Shown: positions 1 through 9,361 of the stretch, piece by piece
How the letters are laid out: the number at the start of each line of letters is the position of its first letter
Position numbering within the stretch: the stretch's first letter is position 1
From: a bacterium
GTDB lineage: Bacteria; Patescibacteriota; Doudnabacteria; UBA920
Direction of reading: 5' to 3'
Assembly: GCA_021825655.1 (NCBI GenBank)
Contig: JAKAGU010000005.1
Span: 12,400-76,399, forward strand
DNA: 64,000 nt
Notes under the pieces: model-generated
The model's database searches: none
Told to the model about the DNA's origin: nothing
Seen by the model: the letters and a program-made list of their open reading frames with translations, nothing else
Made by a program: the position numbers and the translations under genes

Positions 1-1
1 T

Positions 2-1162
2 ACGGTAATCCTGGTTCTGTCCGCGGGCGAGGGGTTCCGCAGCCTGATTAACGCCCAATTGGAAGCGTACGGCACTAATACGCTGTTTGTGGAAACCCGG
101 GTGCCGCCGACCACCAAGAACCGCAACGCCGGAGCGGCCTCGGCCGATACCAGCCGGGCAAATTCTCCAGTGGCGATTACTTCGTTTAAGAACCGCGACC
201 TGCAGGACATTAAGCAAATACCCAATGTAGTGAACGATTACGGCGTGGTGGTCGGACAGAAAGTTGTCAGCTATAAAGACGTGGATAAAAGTGTGATTTT
301 TTACGGCGCTTCGCCGGAACGGTTTGATATTGATAAGGGCACGCTGAAGGCCGGAAGATTTTTTTCCGTGGCCGAAAATACCGGCGCTGACCAGGTGGTA
401 ATACTTGGCAGCACGCTGGCCAGCGACTTGTTCGGCCAGGAGGACCCGGTGGGCAAACTTATCCGGGTAGGGGACTTGAATTTTGAAGTGATCGGTGTTT
501 ACAACCCGCGCGGCGGTTTGGGCGGGGACGAGGATAATACTTTGTATATGCCCCTGTTTACGGCCCAGAAAAAGCTTTTGGGCATCGATTACCTGCTCTT
601 TGCCATTGTGCAGGTGAAAGACACCAAGCTGGCGGACGCCACTGCTGAAGACATCAGGCAAGTGATGAGGCACAATCATGCCATTAAGGATGTGGACAAG
701 GATGATTTTTTGGTGCAGACCCAGGCCGACAGCCTGAACACCTTCAACACTATTTTTAACGGGATTACAATTTTATTGATTGCCATTGCCGCCATTTCCC
801 TGGTGGTGGGCGGCGTGGGGATTATGAATATTATGTACGTGGTGGTGACGGAAAGGACCGCGGAGATTGGTCTAAAAAAAGCGCTGGGCGCAAAAAGCTC
901 GGATGTGCTAAGTGAATTTTTAATTGAGTCTATTTTGGTGACCGTAATCGGCGGGGCCGTGGGCATATTTTTGGGTTCAGTGCTCGGCTGGCTGGTGTCT
1001 TTGGTGGCGACGGCCAGCGGCCTGTCGTGGAAATATACCGTGCCGTTTTACGCCGTTGCGTTAGGTTTCGGGGTTTCGGCTGTAATTGGCATTTTGTTCG
1101 GCGTATTGCCGGCGCGTTCGGCCGCCAAGCTCGACCCGATTGAAGCTTTGAGGTATGAATAA
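2..1162 (+). CDS. MacB/FtsX-family ABC transporter permease (5' end outside window)
   Basis: Frame open from base 2; periplasmic core then ISLVVGGVGIMNIM...ERTAEIGLKKALGA...PARSAAKLDPIEALRYE, typical of MacB-like permeases. Confidence 0.92.
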   Translation, partial: TVILVLSAGEGFRSLINAQLEAYGTNTLFVETRVPPTTKNRNAGAASADTSRANSPVAITSFKNRDLQDIKQIPNVVNDYGVVVGQKVVSYKDVDKSVIFYGASPERFDIDKGTLKAGRFFSVAENTGADQVVILGSTLASDLFGQEDPVGKLIRVGDLNFEVIGVYNPRGGLGGDEDNTLYMPLFTAQKKLLGIDYLLFAIVQVKDTKLADATAEDIRQVMRHNHAIKDVDKDDFLVQTQADSLNTFNTIFNGITILLIAIAAISLVVGGVGIMNIMYVVVTERTAEIGLKKALGAKSSDVLSEFLIESILVTVIGGAVGIFLGSVLGWLVSLVATASGLSWKYTVPFYAVALGFGVSAVIGILFGVLPARSAAKLDPIEALRYE

Positions 1163-1170
1163 CTTCCCTT

Positions 1171-1198
1171 ACACCCGCTTTGCAAAGCGGGTGTTTTT
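1171..1198 (+). terminator. Intrinsic terminator
   Basis: ACACCCGCTTT/AAAGCGGGTGT stem followed by a T-run just after the stop codon. Confidence 0.75.
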
Positions 1199-1250
1199 GT
1201 TTATAAGTTTTTGATATACTGAGTATAGGTGCTAAGGTTTTGAGACAAAA

Positions 1251-2483
1251 ATGAAAAAAATTATTGTGGTGGGGGCGGGGTTTGCCGGCCTGAATGCAAT
1301 TTTGGAATTGGAAAAACGTTTCCGGAAAAATCTGGAGGTTTCTTTGACTTTGGTCGATCGCGAAGACTACCACTTGTTTACACCCAACCTCTATGAAGTG
1401 GCCACGGCCGAAGAAGAGTTTACCAGCGTTGCTCAGGTGAAAAGCAGCGTGGTTTTGCCGCTATCCCAGATTATCGGCCGCAAGCGCATTGTTTTTATAA
1501 AAGGTGAGCTTACGGAACTGGATTCACAGGCGCGCAAACTTAAGGTGGGCATCCGCACCTTAGAGTATGATTATTTAATTTTGGCTTTGGGCGACCGGCC
1601 GGATTTTTCCCGGGTGGAAGGCGCTCAGGAATACGCGCTAACTTTAAGCGGCTTACCCGGCGCTTTGCGAATACGCAACGCGCTGGAGTTTGCGGTGCAG
1701 GCTGCCAGCCATGAAGTACAGAGAGGAACACTGCGTGTCGTGGTCGTGGGCGGCGGGTACGTGGCGGTTAAATTTGCGGGCGAGCTGAAATCTTTTTTGG
1801 ATATTTTATCGTGGAAATACGGCTACCCCAGGGAAAGACTGGAAATAATGATTGCGGAAAGTTCGGATAGATTAGTTACCGGCCTGGGGAAAGACTTCGG
1901 TCGCCAGGTATTAGAGAGGCTTACAGCTTTGGGTGTCAGGACCGAATTCCACCACCATGCAGTAAAATTTGACCACCACTTTGTGGAATTTTTAAACGGG
2001 GAGCGCATGAGCTACGATGTGCTGGTTTGGAGCCTGGGGACCGCTGCTTCCAGTCTGCCTGGCCCCATGGTCTTGCCTAAAACTTTGGCTGGACGACTGG
2101 AAGTGGATGAATATTTAAAGGTGAAGCAGGCGGCCAATATTTTTGCAGCCGGTAATATGGCCCAGGTGCTGGACAGGCACGGCCAGCCGGTGCCCCGAAG
2201 CGCTGCCGTGGCTGCGGAGCAGGGCAGGTACGTGGCGCAGGCCCTGACGTGTTTGATGCAAAACCAAAAACCCCGCGCGTATAGCCTCGGTTTTTACGCC
2301 GTGACCTTGCGCGTGGGCGGCAAATGGGGCGTGCTTCAAACGCGTCGCTGGTTACTGGCAGGCTATTTTGCCTATTGGGCGGATTTATATTTTCATTTCA
2401 GGCATTATTGGCGGCTCCTGGGTTTTGGACCGGCCGTGCGGTACGTTTTTCGGGAAAAAGAAATTTTTAGCCGCAACGATTAA
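1251..2483 (+). CDS. FAD-dependent pyridine nucleotide oxidoreductase, type II NADH dehydrogenase-like (divergent)
   Basis: N-terminal VVVGAGFAG, HLFTPNLYEVAT, YDYLILALG; second Rossmann motif is VVGGGYVAVKF. Confidence 0.85.
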   Translation: MKKIIVVGAGFAGLNAILELEKRFRKNLEVSLTLVDREDYHLFTPNLYEVATAEEEFTSVAQVKSSVVLPLSQIIGRKRIVFIKGELTELDSQARKLKVGIRTLEYDYLILALGDRPDFSRVEGAQEYALTLSGLPGALRIRNALEFAVQAASHEVQRGTLRVVVVGGGYVAVKFAGELKSFLDILSWKYGYPRERLEIMIAESSDRLVTGLGKDFGRQVLERLTALGVRTEFHHHAVKFDHHFVEFLNGERMSYDVLVWSLGTAASSLPGPMVLPKTLAGRLEVDEYLKVKQAANIFAAGNMAQVLDRHGQPVPRSAAVAAEQGRYVAQALTCLMQNQKPRAYSLGFYAVTLRVGGKWGVLQTRRWLLAGYFAYWADLYFHFRHYWRLLGFGPAVRYVFREKEIFSRND

Positions 2484-2497
2484 AAAACCTCGTAGAG

Positions 2498-4717
2498 CTA
2501 CGAGGTTTTTTTCTTATAGGGTTTTTTTGGTTTGGGCGGATTTTCTTTCCAATATTTCAAGGCTTCCTGCAGTTCAGCTTCGCTTTCCGGCTTTTTATTC
2601 ATAATAAAGTTGCAGTCCGGAAAACGATTGCAGGCATAGAAAGTTTTGCCCCGCCCGCGGCTCTTTCGTTCCACCACGTCGCCAACCTGGCAATTGGGGC
2701 ACTTAAAGCCGGTCTTGTTCCAGATTTTGGAGATGCCTTTGCATTTGGGGTAATCGACGCAACCCAGAAAGTAGCCGAAACGGCCCCGCTTTACTTCCAT
2801 TTCCTTGCCGCAGATCGGGCATTTTTCACCCCGGGTTTTTTCCGTCAGCTCTTTGATTTTGGCCGCTTCTTCCGGCAAGGGCTGGGTGGTCTTGCATTCT
2901 GGGTCGGAGCAGGCCAAGAATTTGCCCATGCGGCCGAATTTGATTACCATATTTTTCCCGCAGGTCGGGCAGATTACGTCGGTCATTTCCACCTGTTTTT
3001 CCACGGTGGCTTCTTTTTCCGTCAAATGTTGCTTAAAAGGCCCGTAGAATTCTTTACAGATTTCCGTCCAGCCGATTTTGCCTGCCGCAATGTCGTCCAA
3101 TTCTTCCTCAATGTGTGAGGTAAAGTTAATATCGACAATTTCAGGGAAGTTTTCCACCAACATGTCGTTGACCAGGGTGCCAATTTCAGTCGGCTGGTAT
3201 TTTTTTTCAACTTTTTCCACGTACTCGCGGTCTTGGATGGTGGACAGAGTGGGTGCGTAGGTCGAAGGCCGGCCGACCCCAGCCGCTTCCAGGGCTTTAA
3301 TCAGAGTGGCATCCGTGTAGCGCGCCGGGGGTTCGGTGAAATGTTGCTGCGGGGACAGCTGGTGCAGTTTAAGGTTTTCGCCGTTGTCGAGTTCGGGCAG
3401 GGTGTTTTCATCGTCTTCTTCGCTTTCCTCGTCGCGCCCCTCGGTGTAGGCCCGGATAAAGCCGTCGAATTTTACGGTCTGACCCGTGGCGCGGAAAGTG
3501 TAATTTTTTGCGCTAATGTCTGCCGCAGTCTGTTCTAAAACAGCGGGAGCCATTTGGCAGGCAATGGTGCGCTTCCAAATTAGGTTGTACAGCTTGTACT
3601 GGCCTTTATCCAAAAAGGTTTTTAGGCTTTCAGGCGTCCTGATTACGTCGGTCGGTCGGATGGCTTCATGGGCCTCTTGCGCCCCTTTGGACTTGTTAGT
3701 GTAAAACCGGGGTTTTTCCAGGGCGTAGCGTTCGCCGAATTCCTTTTTCACCACAGCTGCAATCGCAGACAGGGCCGAGGCCGCAAGGTTAAGGCTGTCG
3801 GTTCTCATGTAGGTAATCAAGCCCTGGCTGCCTTCTTCGCCCAAATCCACGCCCTCGTAGAGCTGCTGGGCAATAACCATGGTTTGTTTGGCCGACATGC
3901 CCAGCTTGCGCGCAGCTTCCTGCTGCAGAGTGGAGGTGGTAAAAGGCGGGGCAGGGTTCCGCGTGATTTCTTTTTTGCTGACGTTTGCGACCTGGTAGGC
4001 GGCGCCGGCCAGTTCTTTCAAAACGGTTTGCGCGGCCTGTTCGTTTTTTATTTCCAACTTACCGATGCTTTTGCCGTCTTTTTGGTGCAGCCTTGCCGTA
4101 AAGGTTTTTTTCTCGGCCAGTTTGGACAGTTCGGCTTCAATGCTCCAGTATTCTTCCCGTTTGAAGTTTTGGATTTCACGTTCCCTTTCCACTACCAGGC
4201 GGACCGCCACTGACTGCACGCGCCCAGCGGAAAGGCCGTAACGGATTTTGCGCCACAGGAAGGGGGAGAGTTCGTAGCCGACCAGGCGGTCCAGTACGCG
4301 GCGCGCCTGCTGGGCGTCTACCAGGTTCTGGTCAATGTCGCGCGGGTGTTCCAGGGCTTCGGCAATGGCGCTTTTGGTGATTTCGTGGAAAACTATCCGT
4401 TCCTTGGGTTTTTTTTCCAAACCCAAGGCTTGGATTAAGTGCCAGGAAATGGCTTCTCCCTCGCGATCTTCATCAGTGGCCAACACCACTTTGGGCGCTG
4501 TTTTGGCCAGGTTTTTCAGCTTGGCTACGGTTTCTTTGGCTTTGGCGGGTATTATATAGGTAGGGGTGAAGCCGTTCTCCACATCGATGCTCATTTTGCT
4601 TTTGGGCAAATCGCGCACGTGCCCCATGCTCGCTTCCACCTGAAACGCCCCGCCCAAAAAACGCGAAATGGTTTTCGCTTTGGTGGGAGATTCAACAATG
4701 ATTAAAGGCTTGGACAT
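2498..4717 (-). CDS. topA: DNA topoisomerase I
   Basis: IVESPTKAKTI, ATDEDREGEAI, GRVQS, ITYMRTDS, three C-terminal C4 zinc ribbons. Confidence 0.98.
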   Translation of the reverse strand: MSKPLIIVESPTKAKTISRFLGGAFQVEASMGHVRDLPKSKMSIDVENGFTPTYIIPAKAKETVAKLKNLAKTAPKVVLATDEDREGEAISWHLIQALGLEKKPKERIVFHEITKSAIAEALEHPRDIDQNLVDAQQARRVLDRLVGYELSPFLWRKIRYGLSAGRVQSVAVRLVVEREREIQNFKREEYWSIEAELSKLAEKKTFTARLHQKDGKSIGKLEIKNEQAAQTVLKELAGAAYQVANVSKKEITRNPAPPFTTSTLQQEAARKLGMSAKQTMVIAQQLYEGVDLGEEGSQGLITYMRTDSLNLAASALSAIAAVVKKEFGERYALEKPRFYTNKSKGAQEAHEAIRPTDVIRTPESLKTFLDKGQYKLYNLIWKRTIACQMAPAVLEQTAADISAKNYTFRATGQTVKFDGFIRAYTEGRDEESEEDDENTLPELDNGENLKLHQLSPQQHFTEPPARYTDATLIKALEAAGVGRPSTYAPTLSTIQDREYVEKVEKKYQPTEIGTLVNDMLVENFPEIVDINFTSHIEEELDDIAAGKIGWTEICKEFYGPFKQHLTEKEATVEKQVEMTDVICPTCGKNMVIKFGRMGKFLACSDPECKTTQPLPEEAAKIKELTEKTRGEKCPICGKEMEVKRGRFGYFLGCVDYPKCKGISKIWNKTGFKCPNCQVGDVVERKSRGRGKTFYACNRFPDCNFIMNKKPESEAELQEALKYWKENPPKPKKPYKKKTS

Positions 4718-4805
4718 TTTTTAAGAAAATTATTTAAAAGGTACGGAATGGATTTTACTGATGAACTCAGCTTCTGTCAAATGCGCCCGAAATTTTTATC
4801 GGACA

Positions 4806-5966
4806 TTAATGTAAAGTTTTTTCAGTCAAACCGATTTTTTTCAAGATCTGTGCGCTCTCTGTTTCGTTGGCAAGTCGAGGGGTTGAGTAGTCGTCGATAA
4901 TGATGGGCAGCAGCTCTATGCTTTGCAGGCTGGCCGCACTTTTTGGCCCCTGCAGCCCAGAATTGTCCGCTGGAGCTTTTTCCAGGTTGATTTTTAAGAT
5001 TAGCCCCTCGCGGGTTTCCTGGCTCCACATCTGGTCAAAAATGAAATTACCCAGAGAGTAAAAAATGTATTTGCCCTGGTATTTTTCCACGCTCTGGACC
5101 CAATGGGGGTGCGCGCCAATCACCATGTCCGCGCCCGCGTCAACGGCCGCATGCGCAAAGATGGTTTGCGCCTGGTTGGGCGTGCGGGTGTATTCGGTAC
5201 CCGCGTGCATGCTGGCCACTATAAAGTCGCAGGAAGGCCTGAGGCTTAAAATGTTGGCCTTTAGATGATCCAAGTCTTCCATGCGGGCAACGAAGTTGTT
5301 TTTGGCCTTGCCGCCATCATTAACAGAGGCATATGATGCGCCAATAAAGCAGGTGGTGATGCCGTCTGTTTTTACTTTGGCCGGTCGCCAGGCATCTGCC
5401 TGGTCTTTGCCTGCGCCAATGTGCTGTATGCCTAAATCGTCCAAGAAGTGCACGGTGGATTCCAGTCCAGTGATACCCTGGTCAAGCGCGTGGTTGTTGG
5501 CTAAATTCAGGACTTTGAATTTAGTTTTAGCCAGCCCGCCCAGCGTGCTGGAGCTGGCCGCAAAAACCAAGCTATTGCCCCCAAAGGTTCCCGGGCCGTC
5601 GACTATGGGCGACTCCAGGTTGCCAAAGGAAAAGTCCGCGCTTTGGAGTGTGTTGCTGATTTGGTAAAAAGGCGCCGCGGGGTCGCCTGCGGCCTTGATT
5701 TTTTCGGCCACATGGCGCGAAAGCATAATGTCGCCCGTGGCTATGAAACTGGCCTGGCGGGGTGCTATTGGGTTTTTGCCCAAAGCCGCCGCCTCGTTAT
5801 AGTATTGGCCGAGGCTTTTATTTGCGGCTGTCGGATTTTTAAAGCTGTATGTTTTTTTAGAGAGGCCCGCGTAGGGGTCGGTATTTCTTTGGAGCAGTCC
5901 CCAGGCCGCAGCCAGGGCAAAAAGCAAACCCAATAAAATTTTCCAGTAGTTTTTCTTTAAGTCCAT
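4806..5966 (-). CDS. CapA family (poly-gamma-glutamate synthesis-like) metallophosphatase with N-terminal anchor
   Basis: GDIML, GNLESP, LANNHALDQG, HAGTEY, GAHPHWVQ, YSLGNFIFDQ. Confidence 0.92.
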   Translation of the reverse strand: MDLKKNYWKILLGLLFALAAAWGLLQRNTDPYAGLSKKTYSFKNPTAANKSLGQYYNEAAALGKNPIAPRQASFIATGDIMLSRHVAEKIKAAGDPAAPFYQISNTLQSADFSFGNLESPIVDGPGTFGGNSLVFAASSSTLGGLAKTKFKVLNLANNHALDQGITGLESTVHFLDDLGIQHIGAGKDQADAWRPAKVKTDGITTCFIGASYASVNDGGKAKNNFVARMEDLDHLKANILSLRPSCDFIVASMHAGTEYTRTPNQAQTIFAHAAVDAGADMVIGAHPHWVQSVEKYQGKYIFYSLGNFIFDQMWSQETREGLILKINLEKAPADNSGLQGPKSAASLQSIELLPIIIDDYSTPRLANETESAQILKKIGLTEKTLH

Positions 5967-5981
5967 AAATGTAAAAAGCTC

Positions 5982-7079
5982 TTAATGGCTGAGTGCGTAT
6001 TGCTGGCCTCCTAAGTTTCTTATTTTGCCTTTCATTTCCAGAAATGTCAAAGCCGAGCTGGTTTCGGCGGGCGACAGGCCGGACAATTTAATCAGTTCGT
6101 CTATCGCCAAAGGTTCCCGCCGCAGGATTTTTAAGAGCTGGATTTCGGTTGGCGAATCTCCAAATAGGCTTTGGTTTTCTGTGCCTATGTTTCGGCTGTC
6201 CAGATTCAGGTCTTCCAGGATATCCCGGGCATCGCTGACTAGCCGGCCTCCCATTTTGATGAGGTTGTTGGGGCCGCGGCTTTCAGGTACGTAAATGGGT
6301 CCGGGCACGGCATACACGGTTCGGTTTTGCTCCAGCGCGTGGCGCGCGGTTATCAGGCTGCCGCTATCCAAATCGCATTCGACTACCAGCGTGCCTACGG
6401 CCAAACCGGATATGATGCGGTTGCGGGAAATGAAATGGTGGCGCAGGCAGGGGGTGGCTGGCGGGTATTCGCTTACAAGCGCGCCGCCCGCAGCCAGAAT
6501 TTCTTCGGCTAAGAGAGCGTGGTTTTGCGGGTATAGGCTTTTTTTATCCAGGCCGCCGCCCAGTACCGCAATGGTGCGGCAGCCCAGTTTGACTGCAGTA
6601 TGGTGGGCCAGCGCGTCTACTCCGTAAGCCAGGCCGGAGACAATAACCACCCCGGCCAGGCACAAGGGTTCGACCAGGGTGGGCGTGACACTGCGGCCGT
6701 AGGTGGTAATTTTGCGCGTGCCGACTACGGCCAGGCAAAGTTCGTCATTTTGTTCCAGCCGGCCTTTGACGTATAACAAAACCGGAAAACGCCCGGTCTC
6801 AAGCAGCAGCTGGGGGTAGGCAAGGTCGCGGTAAGATATTAGGAAAATATTTTCCCCTGCCAACCTTTGGGTTTCCAGTTCCAGCGACACGCTGTTTTTT
6901 AGAGCACTGAATTTTTTTGCCAGTTCCGGCTCAATTCCCGCTGCCACCAGCTCGTTGGTGCTTGCAGTATAAGCCCGGGCAAAAGTTTTAAAATGTTCTC
7001 CAATTTTATAGAGCCTGGCTGGCCCGAACTCCGGCAGCAGATTGAAAGCATGGATGTATAAATTTTCAGGGAAGCCCAT
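5982..7079 (-). CDS. dprA: DNA processing protein DprA
   Basis: AVVGTR, VSGLAYGVD, RNRIISGL, SGSLITA, C-terminal winged helix. Confidence 0.96.
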   Translation of the reverse strand: MGFPENLYIHAFNLLPEFGPARLYKIGEHFKTFARAYTASTNELVAAGIEPELAKKFSALKNSVSLELETQRLAGENIFLISYRDLAYPQLLLETGRFPVLLYVKGRLEQNDELCLAVVGTRKITTYGRSVTPTLVEPLCLAGVVIVSGLAYGVDALAHHTAVKLGCRTIAVLGGGLDKKSLYPQNHALLAEEILAAGGALVSEYPPATPCLRHHFISRNRIISGLAVGTLVVECDLDSGSLITARHALEQNRTVYAVPGPIYVPESRGPNNLIKMGGRLVSDARDILEDLNLDSRNIGTENQSLFGDSPTEIQLLKILRREPLAIDELIKLSGLSPAETSSALTFLEMKGKIRNLGGQQYALSH

Positions 7080-7107
7080 TTTTGCTTAGTTTATGCGCGT
7101 TTTAGCC

Positions 7108-7136
7108 TTGACAAAACCCTCAAAATGGTATATAAT
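7108..7136 (+). promoter_or_regulatory. Consensus sigma70 promoter
   Basis: TTGACA (7108-7113), 17-bp spacer, TATAAT (7131-7136); no credible protein gene downstream on this strand. Confidence 0.85.
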
Positions 7137-7142
7137 ATTATA

Positions 7143-7343
7143 TCAGTATACGGTCAGAAGGAGTTTTGCTTAGTTTGTTTGTTTCTTGGATCCTACATGC
7201 AAGTAGCTCGAAACAGGTATGATCCCTCCTACTACTTGTTTTGGCATCAAGTAAAGGTTTGTAGGCGTTTGCTTGCGGCCTTTCACTTGCAGGTAGGGTC
7301 CTCTAAACAAACAATAAATCCCGCAGAGCGCGGGATTTTTTTT
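7143..7343 (+). ncRNA. Probable 6S RNA-like rod-shaped small RNA
   Basis: About 200 nt between promoter and terminator; pairings 7175-7184/7305-7314, 7188-7196/7293-7301, 7198-7204/7285-7291, a central bubble, and apical CCTAC-TACTTG/CAAGTA-GTAGG. Confidence 0.65.
7317..7343 (+). terminator. Intrinsic terminator, probably bidirectional with pth
   Basis: AATCCCGC-agagc-GCGGGATT followed by a T-run. Confidence 0.75.
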
Positions 7344-7887
7344 ATACTCCGAGTTTTAAAAATTGGTCAACTTCATTTTTTACTTTGGGCAGCACCTCAG
7401 CGTCCAGCTGTGCCAGTTCCTGGGGAGTAAAGTTCTGCAGGACAAAGGCGTCGGTGGGCGGGTTCTTTTTGTCTATCCGGGTTTCAACCCCGATGCGCAC
7501 CCGGCTGAAGTTTTGGCTGCCCAGGGCGTCAATAATGCTCTGCACGCCATTGTGTCCGGCTGCCGAAGACCCCGTGCCGGTACGCAGCGCGCCAAAGGGC
7601 AAATCCACGTCATCGTGTAGAACCATCAGGTCATGTTCGGTATCCAGTTTGTAGTAGTGGCAGATTTCCGCCACCGCTTCGCCCGAAAGATTCATGTAAG
7701 TCAGGGGCTTGATAAAAAAGATTTTCAGGCTGCCGAAATGCAGTTCGCAGATTTGGGCTTGGAACCTGGACTGGCAGGCCAGGGGGTGGATGCCTTTTAA
7801 GAAAAAATCCACAGCCAAAAATCCGGCGTTGTGCCGCGTTTTTTGGTATTTGATTTCGGGATTGCCCAAGCCGACAACGAATTTCAT
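7342..7887 (-). CDS. pth: Peptidyl-tRNA hydrolase
   Basis: VVGLGNP, TRHNAGF, KPLTYMNLSG, HDDVD, GHNG. Confidence 0.97.
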   Translation of the reverse strand: MKFVVGLGNPEIKYQKTRHNAGFLAVDFFLKGIHPLACQSRFQAQICELHFGSLKIFFIKPLTYMNLSGEAVAEICHYYKLDTEHDLMVLHDDVDLPFGALRTGTGSSAAGHNGVQSIIDALGSQNFSRVRIGVETRIDKKNPPTDAFVLQNFTPQELAQLDAEVLPKVKNEVDQFLKLGV

Positions 7888-7969
7888 AGCTATTTTGATT
7901 ATAACACGTTAAAAGAAAAAACAAAGTAATCAAAAAACCCAGGGCGGCCTGGGTTTTTGCAAAAACGTT

Positions 7970-9316
7970 TTATGAATTGGTGAGGGCTTTATCTTTTTTC
8001 AGGAGTTTCAGCAAAATGGGCGTACCCCAGAAACCCAGCTCTTTGACCATTGAGTTTTCCAAAAATTTTCTGAACTGCATGGAAATGGCCGCGGGGTGGT
8101 TGACCAGCATTTGGAAGGTGGGCGGGTTGGTGTCGACCTGGTGCAGGGAAAAAACCTTGGGCCGTTTTTGGTCGCGCAAAAGCTTTGGCGGGTTGGTTTT
8201 AAGTTTTTTTGACAGGTATTCTGCCAGCACCTGGCTGTCAATTTGCTTGTTCCGCGCTTCGTAAATAGGTTTAACGGCTGCCAGGGCTTCGGGCAGGCCC
8301 TGGCCGTTCTTGGCGGAGACAAAAAATGCCGGACACATCCAAAGAAACGGGAAAAAACGGCTGACATAATCCCGCAGCATGTCTTCTTTGCCGTGGTAGA
8401 TGTCGAATTTGTTGGCGAGAATCACGCAGCCTTTTTCCATGGCAAAAATTTCCTGGGCCACGCGCTGGTCCTGCTTGGTCACTTCCTCGGTTGCGTCGAT
8501 GACAAAAAAACACACATCGCTGCGGCGGATGGCCTTGAAGGTTTGGAACCCGGAGAACAGGTCGGGTTTGGATTGCCGGTGCTCTTTCTTTTTTAGTCCG
8601 GCGGTATCGATAAAAGTGTAGGCCGTGCCGTCGATTTCCATTTGAGAATCTATGGCCGTGCGGGTGGTGCCGGGAATAGGGGAGACCACTACGCGTTCTT
8701 GTTTGAGGATGGCGTTAAATAGGCTAGACTTGCCCACGTTGGGTTTGCCGACAATGGATACGGCAATCCTGCTTGCGTGGGTGGAATCTTCGGTTGGTGT
8801 TTCGCGTTTGTGGGCCAGGGTCGTGGCCAGGTGGTCAAGCAGGTCGCCGATGCCCCGGCCGGTGATTGCGGAAACCGCAAAAGCGTTTTTAATGCCCAGC
8901 CGGGCGAAGGCCGCCAGGCTTTCTTCCAATTTTTTGGGCGAATCCACCTTGTTAACGGCCAAGGCCACGGGGATTTTTAGGCTGCGGAATTTTTTTATGA
9001 CTTTCGGGTCCAGTGCGGCGGCAGGCTCCTTGCTGTCCACCAGCAACACTGCCATGTCGGCTTCCGCCAGTGCAAATTCGATTTGTCTTTGAATGGAGGC
9101 TTCCAGTTCGTCGCGGTTCTGGAAAGCCAGACCCGCAGTGTCGACCAGGGTAAAATTGCGGCCGCCCCAGCTGATGTCCAAATATTGCCGGTCTCGGGTG
9201 GTGCCCGCCAGCTCCGAAGTTACAGCCAAAGGTTTGCCGGCGATTTTGTTTAACAACGTGGATTTGCCCGCATTGGGCGGGCCAACAATGGCAATAATAG
9301 GTAGAGTGTCTTTCAT
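7970..9316 (-). CDS. der: Ribosome biogenesis GTPase Der (EngA)
   Basis: Two tandem G domains (GPPNAGKST; GKPNVGKSS) plus a KH-like C-terminus. Confidence 0.96.
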   Translation of the reverse strand: MKDTLPIIAIVGPPNAGKSTLLNKIAGKPLAVTSELAGTTRDRQYLDISWGGRNFTLVDTAGLAFQNRDELEASIQRQIEFALAEADMAVLLVDSKEPAAALDPKVIKKFRSLKIPVALAVNKVDSPKKLEESLAAFARLGIKNAFAVSAITGRGIGDLLDHLATTLAHKRETPTEDSTHASRIAVSIVGKPNVGKSSLFNAILKQERVVVSPIPGTTRTAIDSQMEIDGTAYTFIDTAGLKKKEHRQSKPDLFSGFQTFKAIRRSDVCFFVIDATEEVTKQDQRVAQEIFAMEKGCVILANKFDIYHGKEDMLRDYVSRFFPFLWMCPAFFVSAKNGQGLPEALAAVKPIYEARNKQIDSQVLAEYLSKKLKTNPPKLLRDQKRPKVFSLHQVDTNPPTFQMLVNHPAAISMQFRKFLENSMVKELGFWGTPILLKLLKKDKALTNS

Positions 9317-9361
9317 GCGCGGTTTGGTTGAATATTCAGGTTAAAATATCAGGCGGCACTG

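Noticed and set aside
7125-7430. 101-aa + strand ORF
   Set aside because: Starts inside the promoter spacer, runs through a terminator into pth, and looks non-protein-like; RNA structure explains the region better.
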